Notes under the pieces: model-generated
The model's input: the letters and a program-made list of their open reading frames with translations, nothing else
Told to the model about the DNA's origin: nothing
Databases searched by the model: none
Source of the DNA: Magallana gigas
Lineage: Eukaryota
Direction: 5' to 3'
DNA length: 64,000 nt
Assembly (NCBI RefSeq): GCF_963853765.1
Contig: NC_088854.1
Location: 56,606,001 to 56,670,000 of the forward strand
Part shown: one piece after another, positions 12,964 to 25,211 of the stretch
Position numbering within the stretch: the stretch's first letter is position 1
Layout: each line of letters opens with the position of its first letter
Position numbers and translations under genes: made by a program

Positions 12964-15212
12964 TTCTATCATAGACAGACATTTGACCACAACAACTTTG
13001 TTTCTGTTTAAAAAAATACAATTATAATTTAGATAAATATTGATATACAGGATGTTTAAAAATGAAATTTTTTCACAGTAAATACATGTACCGGTACGTA
13101 TGTGTTTACTTATTTAACTACCTGTTCTTTTAATTGAACTGCCCAGGAATAAAATTTAGACTGAGAAATTAGAATTTGGGGGGAGGGGGTGTTACACTCG
13201 TGTATTTAAATATCATAGAAAATGTCCAGAGACTTTTTTATTGGTCAAAACATTCTTGAAAGACATACAGCTTTAAATGGAATATAGTCAGGAGAGAATA
13301 TTGGCTTGGTGAACTCACAGATAAAGCATTGGCAATAGAGGTTTAGTCATCATGTTTGCAATTCAGCCATTTAGCCAGTAAAAAACATTGTTGAAATCAA
13401 TTATAAAAACCAAAAATCAGGTGCCCTTTTTTGTATCTATACAAAGTACTCTAAATATATACACATGTATATATGGCATATATTTGTACGTTTTTGGCGG
13501 ACAACAGCTTTTCAACAAAATGACATGAATTTGAATTAGCATGTTCCTGCAATCATTTCTTTTCTTAAATATGAACATACATACATGCATGGCACTTAGC
13601 TATGTACTTGAAATTAAATGGAAGCTGCTTTATGCCAAAACACTAAAAAGGATACACAGCCAAATATAATATGTTTACAGTATGTGGTACATCTTACAAA
13701 GGGATTTAAACACAGATTGTTGAGGGAAATAGACTAACAGAGAATCAACATACGAAAAAATCTGGAATAAAACCGTATTACAACAAGAAATTACCTAATG
13801 TACTTATAACAAATATTAACCATGGAATGTTTCATAATGAGATGAAAATCTGCCATGATTCTCCTCCTTAATTAATAATTTCTGTATTAATTAATTTTAA
13901 AATTAATCAAAACTTGAAGTAAAAAAATTCACATCTGAACTTACAGTAAGTGCAGAAACATCTTAATTTAAAATTTTTCTTTACATCAACTATGGTAACC
14001 ATCTGCCCTTATGTCTAGAAATTTACATTTTAATGTCTGAGATAACACTACAAATTGAATTTCTTTATAGATGTGTTTAAAAAAAAAAAAAGAAAAAAAA
14101 AAGGTAATTTGTATAAGGGCCAGATCCCATATTCCTCATAGAAATGTAAATTTCAGAACCCATAATGATCCTTGGTGTATCGTTCTCAATACTGATATCA
14201 TTAAAAGTATGCTGTACTATGTCCCCATATATTTCTGCATCAACTAAATTTATTGACTGCATTATAAGAGAGGTTAAGCATTTGAATGTGTACGTGTACT
14301 AGTATTTGTAACTAGGGGAATTCCCTAATTTTACAAGTATTACATCCTAATTTCTGCATACTGCATAATTCTACAAGTTGTACAAAATGGTGTAGAATCA
14401 AAAGTACAAGGAGGTGAAAATCTTTTGGAATAAAAAAAAAAATATATAAACTTTGTGCATAACAAACGTTGTTTTATATAAAGCAAACAATAAATTGAGG
14501 AAGACTCCTGTGCTTTTGGTTTTTGATAAATTTTTTGAATTTTGAAAATTTTTTGATAACCAGTGAGAGTAACTGAAATGTTGAAAATGTTAAATTTAAT
14601 TATTTTACATGTTTGCTTACACGCTCAGTTTATCAAACATAACCTTATTTGTATGTGTACGTGTAAATATACTTGTAGCTTCACACGTACCTGTGGACGC
14701 ACACATTCAAATGCTTAACCCCTTTACATATAGTCTTATTTTCATAAATAAATGCAGCTAAAAATGAAAAATCTTCAAAAAACATTACATAATTTTCAGC
14801 CTTGTTAAACATATTAAGCAATTTTTAAAAAAAGAGATGCAGTAAAGAGAAGGGGGATTACAAAAAAAATAAAAATAAAAAGTTTGACAATCAAAATTGC
14901 ATGCACATTCATGGTTGTACAGAAAATAAAAGTTACAAAAGTAAAAAAAATTCTGCCAAAATGCCGAAATGAAATACTGTAATGTACAGGTAGTTGGCTG
15001 TCTTTGAGGTAATATGAAGGATGTAATGGATTGGGTTCAAAATAAAACACTTGTGTAAAAACTTGAAAACAATTGGCACAAATGAAAATGGCTGATATAA
15101 AAAGGTAATAAAATAAGTTTCAAAAAGCTTTTTTAATGAAAAATAACTCTGTTTCAGACAATAACACCTCATATCATGATTATCTTCTAAAATGGATGCT
15201 GAGCAATCAGTA

Positions 15213-18200
15213 TTATTGAAAGTAAGTGTGATATAAGAACTGCTTATTGATGATGTTCCGTGTGCAGGCATGTATAGGTTTTGGTTTTGTATTGTTCCGA
15301 GGAGTTACCACCTCTGCTCTCATTGACGATTTCCTCATATCTATCTGTATCATTTGTGAGAATGCATCTTTTTTGTTCTGGCTGGCTGAGAGCAGTAAAA
15401 TCCTACCCCTGTAATGGGTGAACCCTAATAGAGGCAGATAGGAGGGCGAGAGTTTCATCAGAGGCTTGAAATTCAGTTTGTAATCCTCATCCTTTTTCAT
15501 GATATCAAACTTTATTATGTCACCCTTGGCATTTATAATGAAATTCAGACGTCCAAATGATGACACAGCAACCGGCTGCTCCAGATCCAGATGACCAACA
15601 ACTTTGCATTCCCTCGTTCTGATTTCAAACACCTGTATGTCTCTGACATAAGTCCCATTTTGATCGATTCCACCAAAAATATAAATCCTTTCTCCTATCA
15701 CTGTAGAGGCTGCAGAATGGACTGGTGTCATTAGCTCACCCATGGCTCTCCATCTCCGTCCCCTGATGCTGTACTCCTCAATAGAACTCAACACATTTTT
15801 TCCTTCCTTGGCTTTTGGATTTTTCCCCCCGATGATATATATAGATTCCCTTACAGCTACCATGATGTGACAGGAGCGACCTCGCTTCATCTGAGCTTCC
15901 ACCAAGTTCCACTCATTTCTCTCTGCATCGTAATGCAGCAAGTTCTTTGAATTGTTTGTTCCTCCTGACAGATACAAGTCACTTCTGTAGGTTATCATTT
16001 GGAAGTCCATCCCAGGGTTTTTGTCCAGTGGGATTGGTGCCAGTGTGTACCAACGGTTCTGGTTAAAACTGAAAGCCCACAAGCACTTGCCATCCTGATA
16101 GAATGATCCAGATCTCTCCATGTCATACTCCGTAATCACCATAGTAACCTCCTCAAAGTCATCACTATTGCGCAGGTGAAATCTGGTGGAGCAGAACTCT
16201 TGTTGTCTGGCTGGCAGCATGTGATAGTCCCGGGCTTCATCCAACATCCTGCAACAATTGACGTCTTCTGTCAATAAGTCCTCACTATATAATTCAGCCA
16301 GAAGATACTCCGGACTAATTTTAACTAATCTCACGTATCTAAACAGTTTGTCAATGTGATCCTCCCTGTGTTTTTTATCCGCTTTCACCCAGCGGATTAC
16401 GGCCTCACATATTTGTTCCTCATCCACTGGAACCAGATCATCGTCTTTGACGATGTCCAAAATGTCATCCACATCAAGATCATCAAATTCTTTGGTTTTC
16501 CACAAACCATTGAAACCCTCCATCACATAAGGGCGACATTTCTCGAGTAGGATTTTGCCTCCAAACTGACGAGCCAGTTTGAAGACTTCAAGGCAGTTTT
16601 CTGTATCCATTTCCTTGCTGAGATATTCTTCACAGGAATCTTGTAAAGCCTGTACCTAAAATGAACAAAATGATGCATAGCTTTTAATTCTAACCTAGAA
16701 CATAAGGTGTTATTACTGCTACTGGTATTTGACAGATTAAACAAAATTAACAATGACTAATACTTGCATTGGGATCAGGAAAGTATTACCATTGAATATT
16801 TGAATACTTGTATTTTGGAATCATTAAATTCATGGTGGCTCAGTTTTGTGGATTTTGTGGTTACCCCTCATTATTAACATTGATGTACCGATACAAGGTA
16901 TTTTTTCATCAGGTCTCAATGGTCTTTTGTAATGTATTAATGCAAAATCAAAATCTGTTTATGATATAAAGGAGGAGGGGGGGGGGGGTCTTTTGGACAG
17001 ATTTTAGCAGAACATTTTTTTAATCTATGCACTGTCTTTAGTACTGGAACATGAAATTGTTTTAAATTCATTGCAAACTATCTGCAAGACATGGATATGT
17101 ATAATATGCAAAGTTTGAAGTATTCTAAATAAAATATAACTGAATGAATGAATGGCTGAATGAACAAGGGGAAGCAATATACCGGTACACCCCAATGCCA
17201 CATTCCCTTTGAGAATTGCTGGACTACCTGAAATATAGCGGCTGCCCTCAGTAGTTCAACCACATTCTCGCTGTTTATATCCTCCTGACCTGTGTATATG
17301 TAGGTTCTAAATGCCTTAAATGTGGCTTTTTGAATGTCTGGTAGCTCCAAGGTTTTGCTAGTTGTCTCTAACATCCCAGAATTAAACATTGACTTAAAAT
17401 ATGGCGAACCTGAAAAAATGAAAAGTAAAATTAGGATTCTAAAACAAATGTCTGTTTTTCTGCTGATCACAATTTTCTACTGTGTGAAAAAAATTGACTT
17501 CAAAGAGAAAATCAGGCTCTTAGATTTTTTGGATAGTATCGCACACATGCAGGTAAGTGATTTTTTACTTTAAACATTTTATTATCAATAAGTACCATAG
17601 TATATTCAATAACACATCACAAACTTAATTACACATTTATCCGAGTTATTTCTGATAAACAGTAATTTCAAGTAATTCTCAAATTATTCAAACATGCATA
17701 TTAAAAAATAACAACTCTGAATATAGTTATGGTCTGTCCCAAGATATTTATGCAGCTCATTTGGACGATTTTCAATAAAAAGACACGCACCCGTGAAAGA
17801 AGTGCAATTGAAATAGTTGAAAGGGATAATTTTCAAGATAATTTCATTGACACATTATCGTCTCTCACTCATAAAAATTCACAGGAAAGAAAACAGATTC
17901 CTTACAGAGATTTATAATGGGGAATGTTTACATCTTTCCTCCATTCGGAATACATCGCGTAATTTTACAACGTTATCATCTGGGCTTGTTGCAATACAAA
18001 ATCTCCCTATAGACATCACATTTTTTAGCATTGTATTGAAACCTGATGGAGTAACAGGGGCATTTCAACTGAGAAATCTTGGAAATTTTTCATACTTTTG
18101 AATGATGAACATCATTTGAACCCTGAGGTATTTATAAGTAAAATGCAATTAAGCAAAATGTAAATCTAGGATATCTTGGGACAGAGTATATAATGGCTTT

Positions 18201-18460
18201 TATTATGCATAATCAGTGCATGAACAGTGTTAATTTGTTGTCGGACACCCACCTGCAGCCAGTAGGAGTTTGTGGCAAGGAAAGCTCTCTCCCTCCACTA
18301 TAATCTCCACGTCAGAGTTCTCTCCCTCCATTCCCATCTCCATGATACCCGCCATCATGCTCTCTAGGTAGCGCTTCCTCGCACTCTCAGACATGCTGTT
18401 GAGAAATGACTGGCCCATACCCAATTTGCTCCCTTCGCCGGGCAGCCTTGATTCAGCCAT
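15213..18460 (-). CDS. Kelch-like BTB-BACK-Kelch protein, paralog A; 3 coding exons (18253-18460, 17228-17409, 15213-16655), 610 aa
   Basis: BTB motifs SDVEIIVEGESFPCHKLLLAA-GSPYFKSMF, BACK domain (EEQICEAVIRWV), Kelch repeats with GG and Y..W motifs. Exon phases 1 and 0 are consistent. Confidence 0.92.
17728..18190. mobile_element. TA-flanked MITE (Tc1/mariner-type), in intron 1 of kelch paralog A
   Basis: Ends TCTGTCCCAAGATAT ... ATATCTTGGGACAGAGTA are inverted repeats. The internal sequence is nearly collinear with the copy at 51266-51733. Confidence 0.85.
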
Positions 18461-19449
18461 AGTGTGCTAGATCTCAACAGCGATCACCTATCAATAGAAA
18501 TAGACCTAGTGTTTTACTTATAAATATCTAGAACCACACATTGCCCCAGTTTTCAAGGAAGTTATACAAGGAGATTCAAATACTAGTACTATTAATGCAT
18601 CTACAGGGAAGTACACAAGTAGACTGTAGTCTGTTGTAAAAAGAAATTTGTCACAAAATATTTTGTATACAAAGATCACCTTGTGTTCACTGATCCATGT
18701 ACGTTCTTGTCTACCTAAACTGCAAGGGCAACATATTTATAGCTATAGCTAAAACTTAATAAAATGGTTGTTTAAACACAGTGCAAAAATTAAGAAAACA
18801 AACCTCTGATACAAAATCCTACAATACGCAAATGTCATAGCTGCTCAGCGGAAATGCTTCTCTAAAGCGAAAGTAGAAAAATCGAGTAAACAACTGTTGT
18901 TTTTGTTGTTGTATTTTAATATGTTTAACACATACTGGGGCTATAAGAATATCCTACATTTTAAAAAAAATTGTTATGTTAAATTCACTATAAATAAACA
19001 CGTAGTTTATTCTAAAGAACAAATGGTCATATTATATCGAAATATTTATGGTATGAGTGAATTATTTTTTTTTCATGCTTTGTGGTTGTGGGGAATGACA
19101 TGACGTTAGTTGTGTAGGGACGTAACTGGAGTCATTTGAAGGTATGTTATAAGATAAGAAAATGATCTGTAGCATATTTGCATCAGCGTATTGCTCTTGA
19201 TCAGCTGATTTAAAGTGTATTGTATTAGTTCTCGAATTCATTATGACGTCATAATGAACAAGTTCCCTTTACACCCCCCCCCCCCAAACTGGTCCATAAC
19301 CATACATAAATGTATCGAATTTCAACAGTTGATGGTTATTGATTAAATGATTATGATTATCATGTAATGCCTTATTTTTTCCTTTATTTACCCAATAATA
19401 GTTTGATTCTTGAAAAATAAAAGTCCTATATGCACATTCTAACGATTTT

Positions 19450-19880
19450 TGTAACAGTCATCAGTCTCATCAACTTGGACTTGGAACACAAGGCCTCTGG
19501 CATAGTCTGCCAGCGGATTGATCCAACTACTGTCAGAGATCGACCTGATAAGTATGTATATTAGCTATGTAAATTGACTAACATGCAGTTATAAGTACAT
19601 GCACCTGTGAACACATTGAGTTATTCCTCCTCTTGGTAGAAATTATTGATAGTCCTCAAGTTTATAAGTAAAATTCTATGAGTGGAGGAATGCAGCGTGA
19701 GGCATTCTCCTAAGTGGTTATGTTCTGTTGGCTTAACTCTGCTTAAAGGTAACAGGCTGATAATTTAAGGTGAAATCGATGTGAAGTCTCAACCAGGACT
19801 CGAACCCAGGGCCTTTGGCATACTATGCCAGCGCTTTCACCACTCAGCTGTGAGATTTGATATTTTGACTACCAGTCACA
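19450..19880 (-). mobile_element. Degenerate pair of ~133-bp tRNA-like LTR-type repeats (19450-19583 and 19748-19880)
   Basis: On the minus strand both contain ...GCTGGCA(T/G)A(G/C)TATGCCA(A/G)AGGCC.TG.GTTC(G/C)A(A)GTCC (B box; intact GGTTCGAGTCC in the right copy). The right copy starts TGTGAC and the left copy ends GTTACA. A PPT-like GAGGAGGAA lies between them. No clean PBS or TSD. Confidence 0.5.
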
Positions 19881-20159
19881 CACCTATTAAGCCGATGGCA
19901 ATAAATTTTCTGAATGTCAGATGACACTACCCAACTTTTGATAATCTTATATAATTCTACTCTCACTTCCTCACAAACTTTATTAAAGATTTCCATAATG
20001 ACATTGATCAATCTTTTGGTCTTATATTACTGAGCTATTTTCAAATATGTAGAAAATAAAAGATTTTCTTTCTATTTTCGTATTTGATTTCACATGAAAA
20101 AATCCTGTTACCTGGTGTTTTATATACATGTGTGACGGTCAGACCGGTTCAAATACCTG

Positions 20160-20231
20160 CGCCAGATAGCTCAGTTGGTAGAGCACCTGACTAGAGGTTC
20201 AGGGGGCCCGGGTTTGAAACCTGGTCTGGTC
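20160..20231 (+). pseudogene. tRNA-like sequence (Pol III A/B boxes) inside the 5' LTR
   Basis: A box TAGCTCAGTTGGTAGAGC, D and T arms, 8-nt anticodon loop. B box is mutated here (GGTTTGAAACC). Not a functional tRNA. Confidence 0.85.
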
Positions 20232-20389
20232 CGTCATTATTTCTCCCATCGCTTTACATTTGGTGCCGTGACCAACCCCTGGAACTGACAGGTGAACTCC
20301 TGCCAGGGGAAGAGTCTGGGGGTGATCTCTGGGGACGAAGATCATTTAAGGGCGGAGGAATGTGATTGTCAGACCGGTTTGAATACCGG

Positions 20390-20461
20390 CGCCAGATAGC
20401 TCAGTTGGTAGAGCACCTGACTAGAGATTCAGGGGGCCCGGGTTCGAAACCCGGTCTGGTC
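20390..20461 (+). pseudogene. tRNA-like sequence (Pol III A/B boxes) inside the 3' LTR
   Basis: A box TAGCTCAGTTGGTAGAGC and intact B box GGTTCGAAACC. Stems CCTGA/TCAGG and CCGGG/CCCGG. The anticodon loop is 8 nt (CTAGAGAT) and the first acceptor pair is mismatched. Confidence 0.85.
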
Positions 20462-21032
20462 CGTCATTATTTCTCCCATCCCGTTACACATGACTGTGTG
20501 TTAATTAAAATTTATAAGATGAGGTTGAGAACATTTAACTATTCAAACATCTATATATATACCGGTACTTTTCCTGTGAAATGATGGGGAATTTGGATAC
20601 ATTTCATTTAATTGTTTACAAAAATAAAACAACTTTTTGATTATTTTATCAATTTGTATTGAATTTAAATGTTGGGTTAAAACACAATTTTTCATGTTAT
20701 AATTTAAGAATTTAATACCGGTACCTTTTAAATTTGAGCTGTAAGTATGATTACTTTTCATTTATTAGATTTAATTGACGTAAGTAAAGATTGGCATTGG
20801 GCTGAGTGCATGCATGACTGTCATCTTCACACTATGGAGCTCGGGTGACGAGGCTAAGCATGCATGTGTATAAAATCATGATGATATTTGAACGATCTGC
20901 ACTTTGGTCATATAGAAATTCTCATGAAAACTCATTAACCTTTATGATGATTAGTCATGTGCATCGAGTCCATTAATTATTATTAAGTCATGAAATTTTT
21001 ACAGAGTCTCTGATCACATATATACTGCCAAC

Positions 21033-21100
21033 CTGATTAAGATCAGCTGTTCTGATATGGGCAAGAGCGGTAGTGTATCAGAACAGTTGATTTTATTCAG
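21033..21100 (+). other. 68-nt hairpin (25-bp stem, 18-nt loop)
   Basis: CTGATTAAGATCAGCTGTTCTGATA pairs with TATCAGAACAGTTGATTTTATTCAG, with two G-T wobbles and one T-T mismatch. Confidence 0.7.
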
Positions 21101-22014
21101 ATTGATATACTACTTTCGGATGTATAAGGAGTAATTGTGCGCATCATAATTTTGATTGAAATGATAATTAATATTTGTGAATGAATAGATTGAACATTGC
21201 ACAGATGCACACTGAAAATGTTTTTGATTCAGAAGTCACATCTTCCGCATATTGTATATCAAATATCTAAATAATTGTATTGGTTATACAAGTACTGATA
21301 TATACGGGTACCGGGTACTTTCATATATATAACAAAAGTGTTTCAAACAAAAATCTTCAAACAATATAGTATAAACATCAATAATATTATTATAACAAGA
21401 AAAATCTAGTTATATCATGCAGAACTTATGAAAAATGTTCAGGAAATACTTTTACTTACAGTCTCCTTTCTTACCAAGGATTTGTGCATTGAACAAAGGT
21501 GTTCTCATGTTTTTGATGGTGGTCACAAGGCCTACACGTAGTACATAAGTTAAAGCTTGTGATATCCTGTATTCATAAAGTGAAGCACAAGAGAATTACA
21601 TGTATTTTCTTTATTATGCTTCCTTATACACAATTAGTATACAAACTGGGCAGGTATTGCAGGTGGCAGTAGTTCATATTTGTTACCTGGTGCACATTAT
21701 ATGATACACATGCATTGACATGTAACAGTTGAGTATAAATACACTGTAGTATCAAATGATTTACTTACTAAGTTTGTGTCAGTTATGTCATAAAACAGCA
21801 GTAGTAATGGCAATCGTTAATACACTGTACAAGTTTATTCATTATTGATCGATGCATTTATAAAATTTGTTTCTTATCCTACTGATACATATATTATACG
21901 TAAATAGGAACAAAATTGTTTTAAACTGCACTCTGAGCAAAAACAGGAATTTTCCACTCGTATAACTTCCTTTTACTAGGACTATCCCCAATGTGTTAAA
22001 ACTACACACCAACT

Positions 22015-25000
22015 TTATTGATAGTAAGTGTGGTACATGTATTGTTTATCAATAATCCCTTTATGACAGGAAAGAACTGGTTTAGGTATAGTGGTATTTT
22101 TGGAGCTAATACTGACTGCTGTCTCTGTCATTGGTGATTGACTTATGTCAACCAGCGTCATTTTAGAATAAACGTCAGGTTTCTTTGTACTACTCGTCAA
22201 AACGGCCAATTTCCCGCGGTAGTTTGCTACTTCTAAGACAGGACGTAAAGTTTTAGACAGGGTTTGATTAAGGGATTTTATTTCTACTTCTATCTTCTCT
22301 TCATTTATCTTCCTGATGTTTACTCTATAAAGCTGGCAGTCAGATAAAATGATATAATCACTGCCTAATTTTACTAATTTAAGAGGTTGAGGGATGTCGC
22401 TAGGAATCTGAGAAATAATGGACGATTCTCGTTTCCTGGTGTCAAAGACTTGAATGTCACTGGTCCATGTTCCATCTTGTTGTATTCCTCCAAAAATAAA
22501 TATCTTCTCCCCCATGACAAGGGAAGAAGCAGAATGTACAGCTGTAGGTACCTCCCCAATGCTCTCCCATTTGCGACTCCGGATGTTATAGGCCTCCACG
22601 GTGCTCAGTACATGGGAACTGCTTTCTGGCCTTGACTTGGGATTTCTGCCCGCTATCATGAAGATGGATTCCCTAACGGCAGCCATGACATGTCCACATC
22701 TCCCCCTCTTCATACTGGCATCACAGAGAGTCCATTCGTTTCTCTCATTGTCATAATGGAGCAAGTTTTTGGAGTGATTTGTCCCACCTCCAAGATAAAG
22801 ATCATTCCTGAAGGACACCATGCGGAATTCTAATCCAGGATTAAAATCCATGGGCATTGGAGCTATTGTATACCATCTCTCCTGCTGAAAGCTGAAGGCC
22901 CACAGACACTTTCCATCCTGGTACATCTGAGCCGTTTTTTCCATGTCAAATTCTGTTATAATCAGAATCACTTCCTCTAGGTCATCACTGTTTCTGAGCT
23001 GGAACCTAGAAGAGCAATACTCCTGTTGCCGAGCAGGAAGCATGTGGAAGTTTCTGGCTTCATCCAGGTACCTCTGGCAAGTGTGATCATCTGTTAGTAG
23101 GTCATCAACGTAGAGCTCATGAATCAGGTACTCCGGACTGATCTGGATCATCCTGATGTAGCGAAACAAGTTCCCGATAAATGATTTTCTTTTTTCTTTA
23201 TCATGTTTCACCCAGCGTAGAACTGCTTCACATATTTCTTCTTCATTAACAGGAACTAAATTGTCATCCTTAACAATACTCTCCACTTCATCAAACTCCA
23301 GTTCCATAAACTCTTGAGTCTTCCACAGTCCGTTAAACCCTTCCAACACATACGGCTTACACTGCTCAAAAAGAGTATGGCACCCAAACGTTCTGGAGAT
23401 TTTGAACAATTCTAAGCAGTTATCGTTGTCCATTCCAGTCCCCAGAAATTGTTCACAGCTCTTTTGAAGCCCTTCAACCTGGAGAAAAGAAAAAAATCCT
23501 TTAAGTACTATACTCAGGATGCTTTAATGATAAAATTCAGAGAATATTTGCAAGATTGAATCAAATTTTGTACCTGAAATATGGCAGCTGCGCGGAGTAA
23601 CTCAACAACATTATCCTGGGTGATATTCTCGTTGCCTGTGTATATGTACTCCCGGAATGCAGCAAAAGTCTCTTTCTCTATATCAGGAAGCTCCAGACGA
23701 CTGCCATGTGTCTCCATCATGCCAGAACTAAACATGGATTTAAAATATGGAGAACCTGCAAGAAGAAAAGATAACTGAATAGTTATATTTTATCAGATTC
23801 ATTGTCATGCCTCAGAAGGTAAATGTACTTGCAAATTGGATGCACATGAATTGCTATATTGTCAATGTGCAATTTATGAAGTTAATTGTACCAGAATCTA
23901 TTACCGGTATATGCCATCGTAAATTGGGGAGATTATTTTTATCATGCTTCAACTTTGTTTTTATCTTTGCAAATATACTACAAAGTACCATTCATGTACA
24001 GGTTTAGTATAATGCATAATCCCTTTTGCAGGCATTATCAAGGTATACCAGTGATAACAAATTATTTATTGCATGCATTCAATCCATTGCATATTGAGGT
24101 AATATATTCATTTCCAAGCTGTTACACCATTTAATGATTTTTTTGTTGAACCTTTAATATTTGAAAATGTCGTACTAGTATTATTTTTTATACATGTTTG
24201 AGGTCAGTTCTCTCTTATCACTGTTTCCAGAAACAATTACATGTATTTGTTTGTCAGATGCAATGAATTTTGGGCGTTCTGGCACTCTCTCTTTCCTAAG
24301 AGCACTTGATATAGAAAATGTGACGCAGAACTCTTATATGTGTTTTAGTCAGCCAGACTGATCGAGCTGTTAAGTAGGAATTACCGTTTATGATTTATTT
24401 ATGGTGGTGTTCTTCAGAGTTTTTTAATCCTTGATATCCGTTTTAATCCTATGCATCATTTCTTGTCACGATGACTTTATGTTTTGAATGTAAAATTTTT
24501 TAGGGTTTGAGATAATAAACACATTTTGGACTCTATGTTATTGCATAATTGATTGAATACGGTTTTTCAGCTGATTCATGCAACAACAATAACAGATTTA
24601 ATTTAGACTCTTTCTGAGTTATTTTGGACATTTATTTTTTAAAATCCCTCAATGTACTACATGCATTTTTATTTGGAGACAGTAATCTGAGTATTGAATG
24701 CTATATTTAGGAACTTTTCATTTTCAGTTTTGGACTGAAAATATGAAGTGAAACTAGCTGTACAATTTGGAAGATCATATATCATTATCTCATATTCAAT
24801 CTCTATAGGAGAAATGTGCAATATATTAGAATACATGTAGCAAAAAATTATGTTGAAACTTTTTTTCCAGGACATTTTACCGCTATTATTCACTTTGGTT
24901 TAATCAAATTAATATTGTGTCAATATTTCTTGTTTTTATCAGTGGATACTCTTCAGAGTCGTGACAAGTACCTGCTTGTATTCAAAATGAAAGTAGGAAT

Positions 25001-25211
25001 TGTTACCTGCAGCCAGTAGGAGTTTATGACAAGGAAAACTCTGTCCCTCCACGATGATATCAATGTCTGAGTTCTGTCCCTCCATCCCCATCTCCATGAT
25101 CCCCTGCATCATGCTCTCCAGGTAACGCTTCCTAGCACTGTCCGAGAGGTCCTTACCCCAGCTGGAGGTGAAACTGACCCCTCCTCCACTGGCCCCACCC
25201 TGCTCTGCCAT
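22015..25211 (-). CDS. Kelch-like BTB-BACK-Kelch protein, paralog B; 3 coding exons (25007-25211, 23574-23755, 22015-23478), 616 aa (an in-frame upstream ATG at 25298 is possible)
   Basis: Same intron positions and phases as paralog A (exon 2 is 182 nt in both). Shared motifs SARKRYLESMM.GIMEMGMEG, CHKLLLAA, YQDGKCLWAFSF. Confidence 0.92.

Larger units (their letters stand above)
20131..20488 (+). mobile_element. Complete non-autonomous miniature LTR retrotransposon (TRIM) with tRNA-derived LTRs (Ajax-like)
   Basis: 128-bp direct repeats at 20131-20258 and 20361-20488 (TG...CA, 10 mismatches). PBS TGGTGCCGTGACC at 20261-20273 is complementary to the tRNA-His 3' end. PPT AAGGGCGGAGGAA at 20348-20360. 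4-bp TSD CATG at 20127-20130 and 20489-20492. Confidence 0.93.

Noticed and set aside
20160-20461. Two genuine tRNA genes
   Set aside because: 8-nt anticodon loop, mismatched first acceptor pair, no T-run terminator, and both sit inside LTRs bounded by PBS, PPT and TSD.
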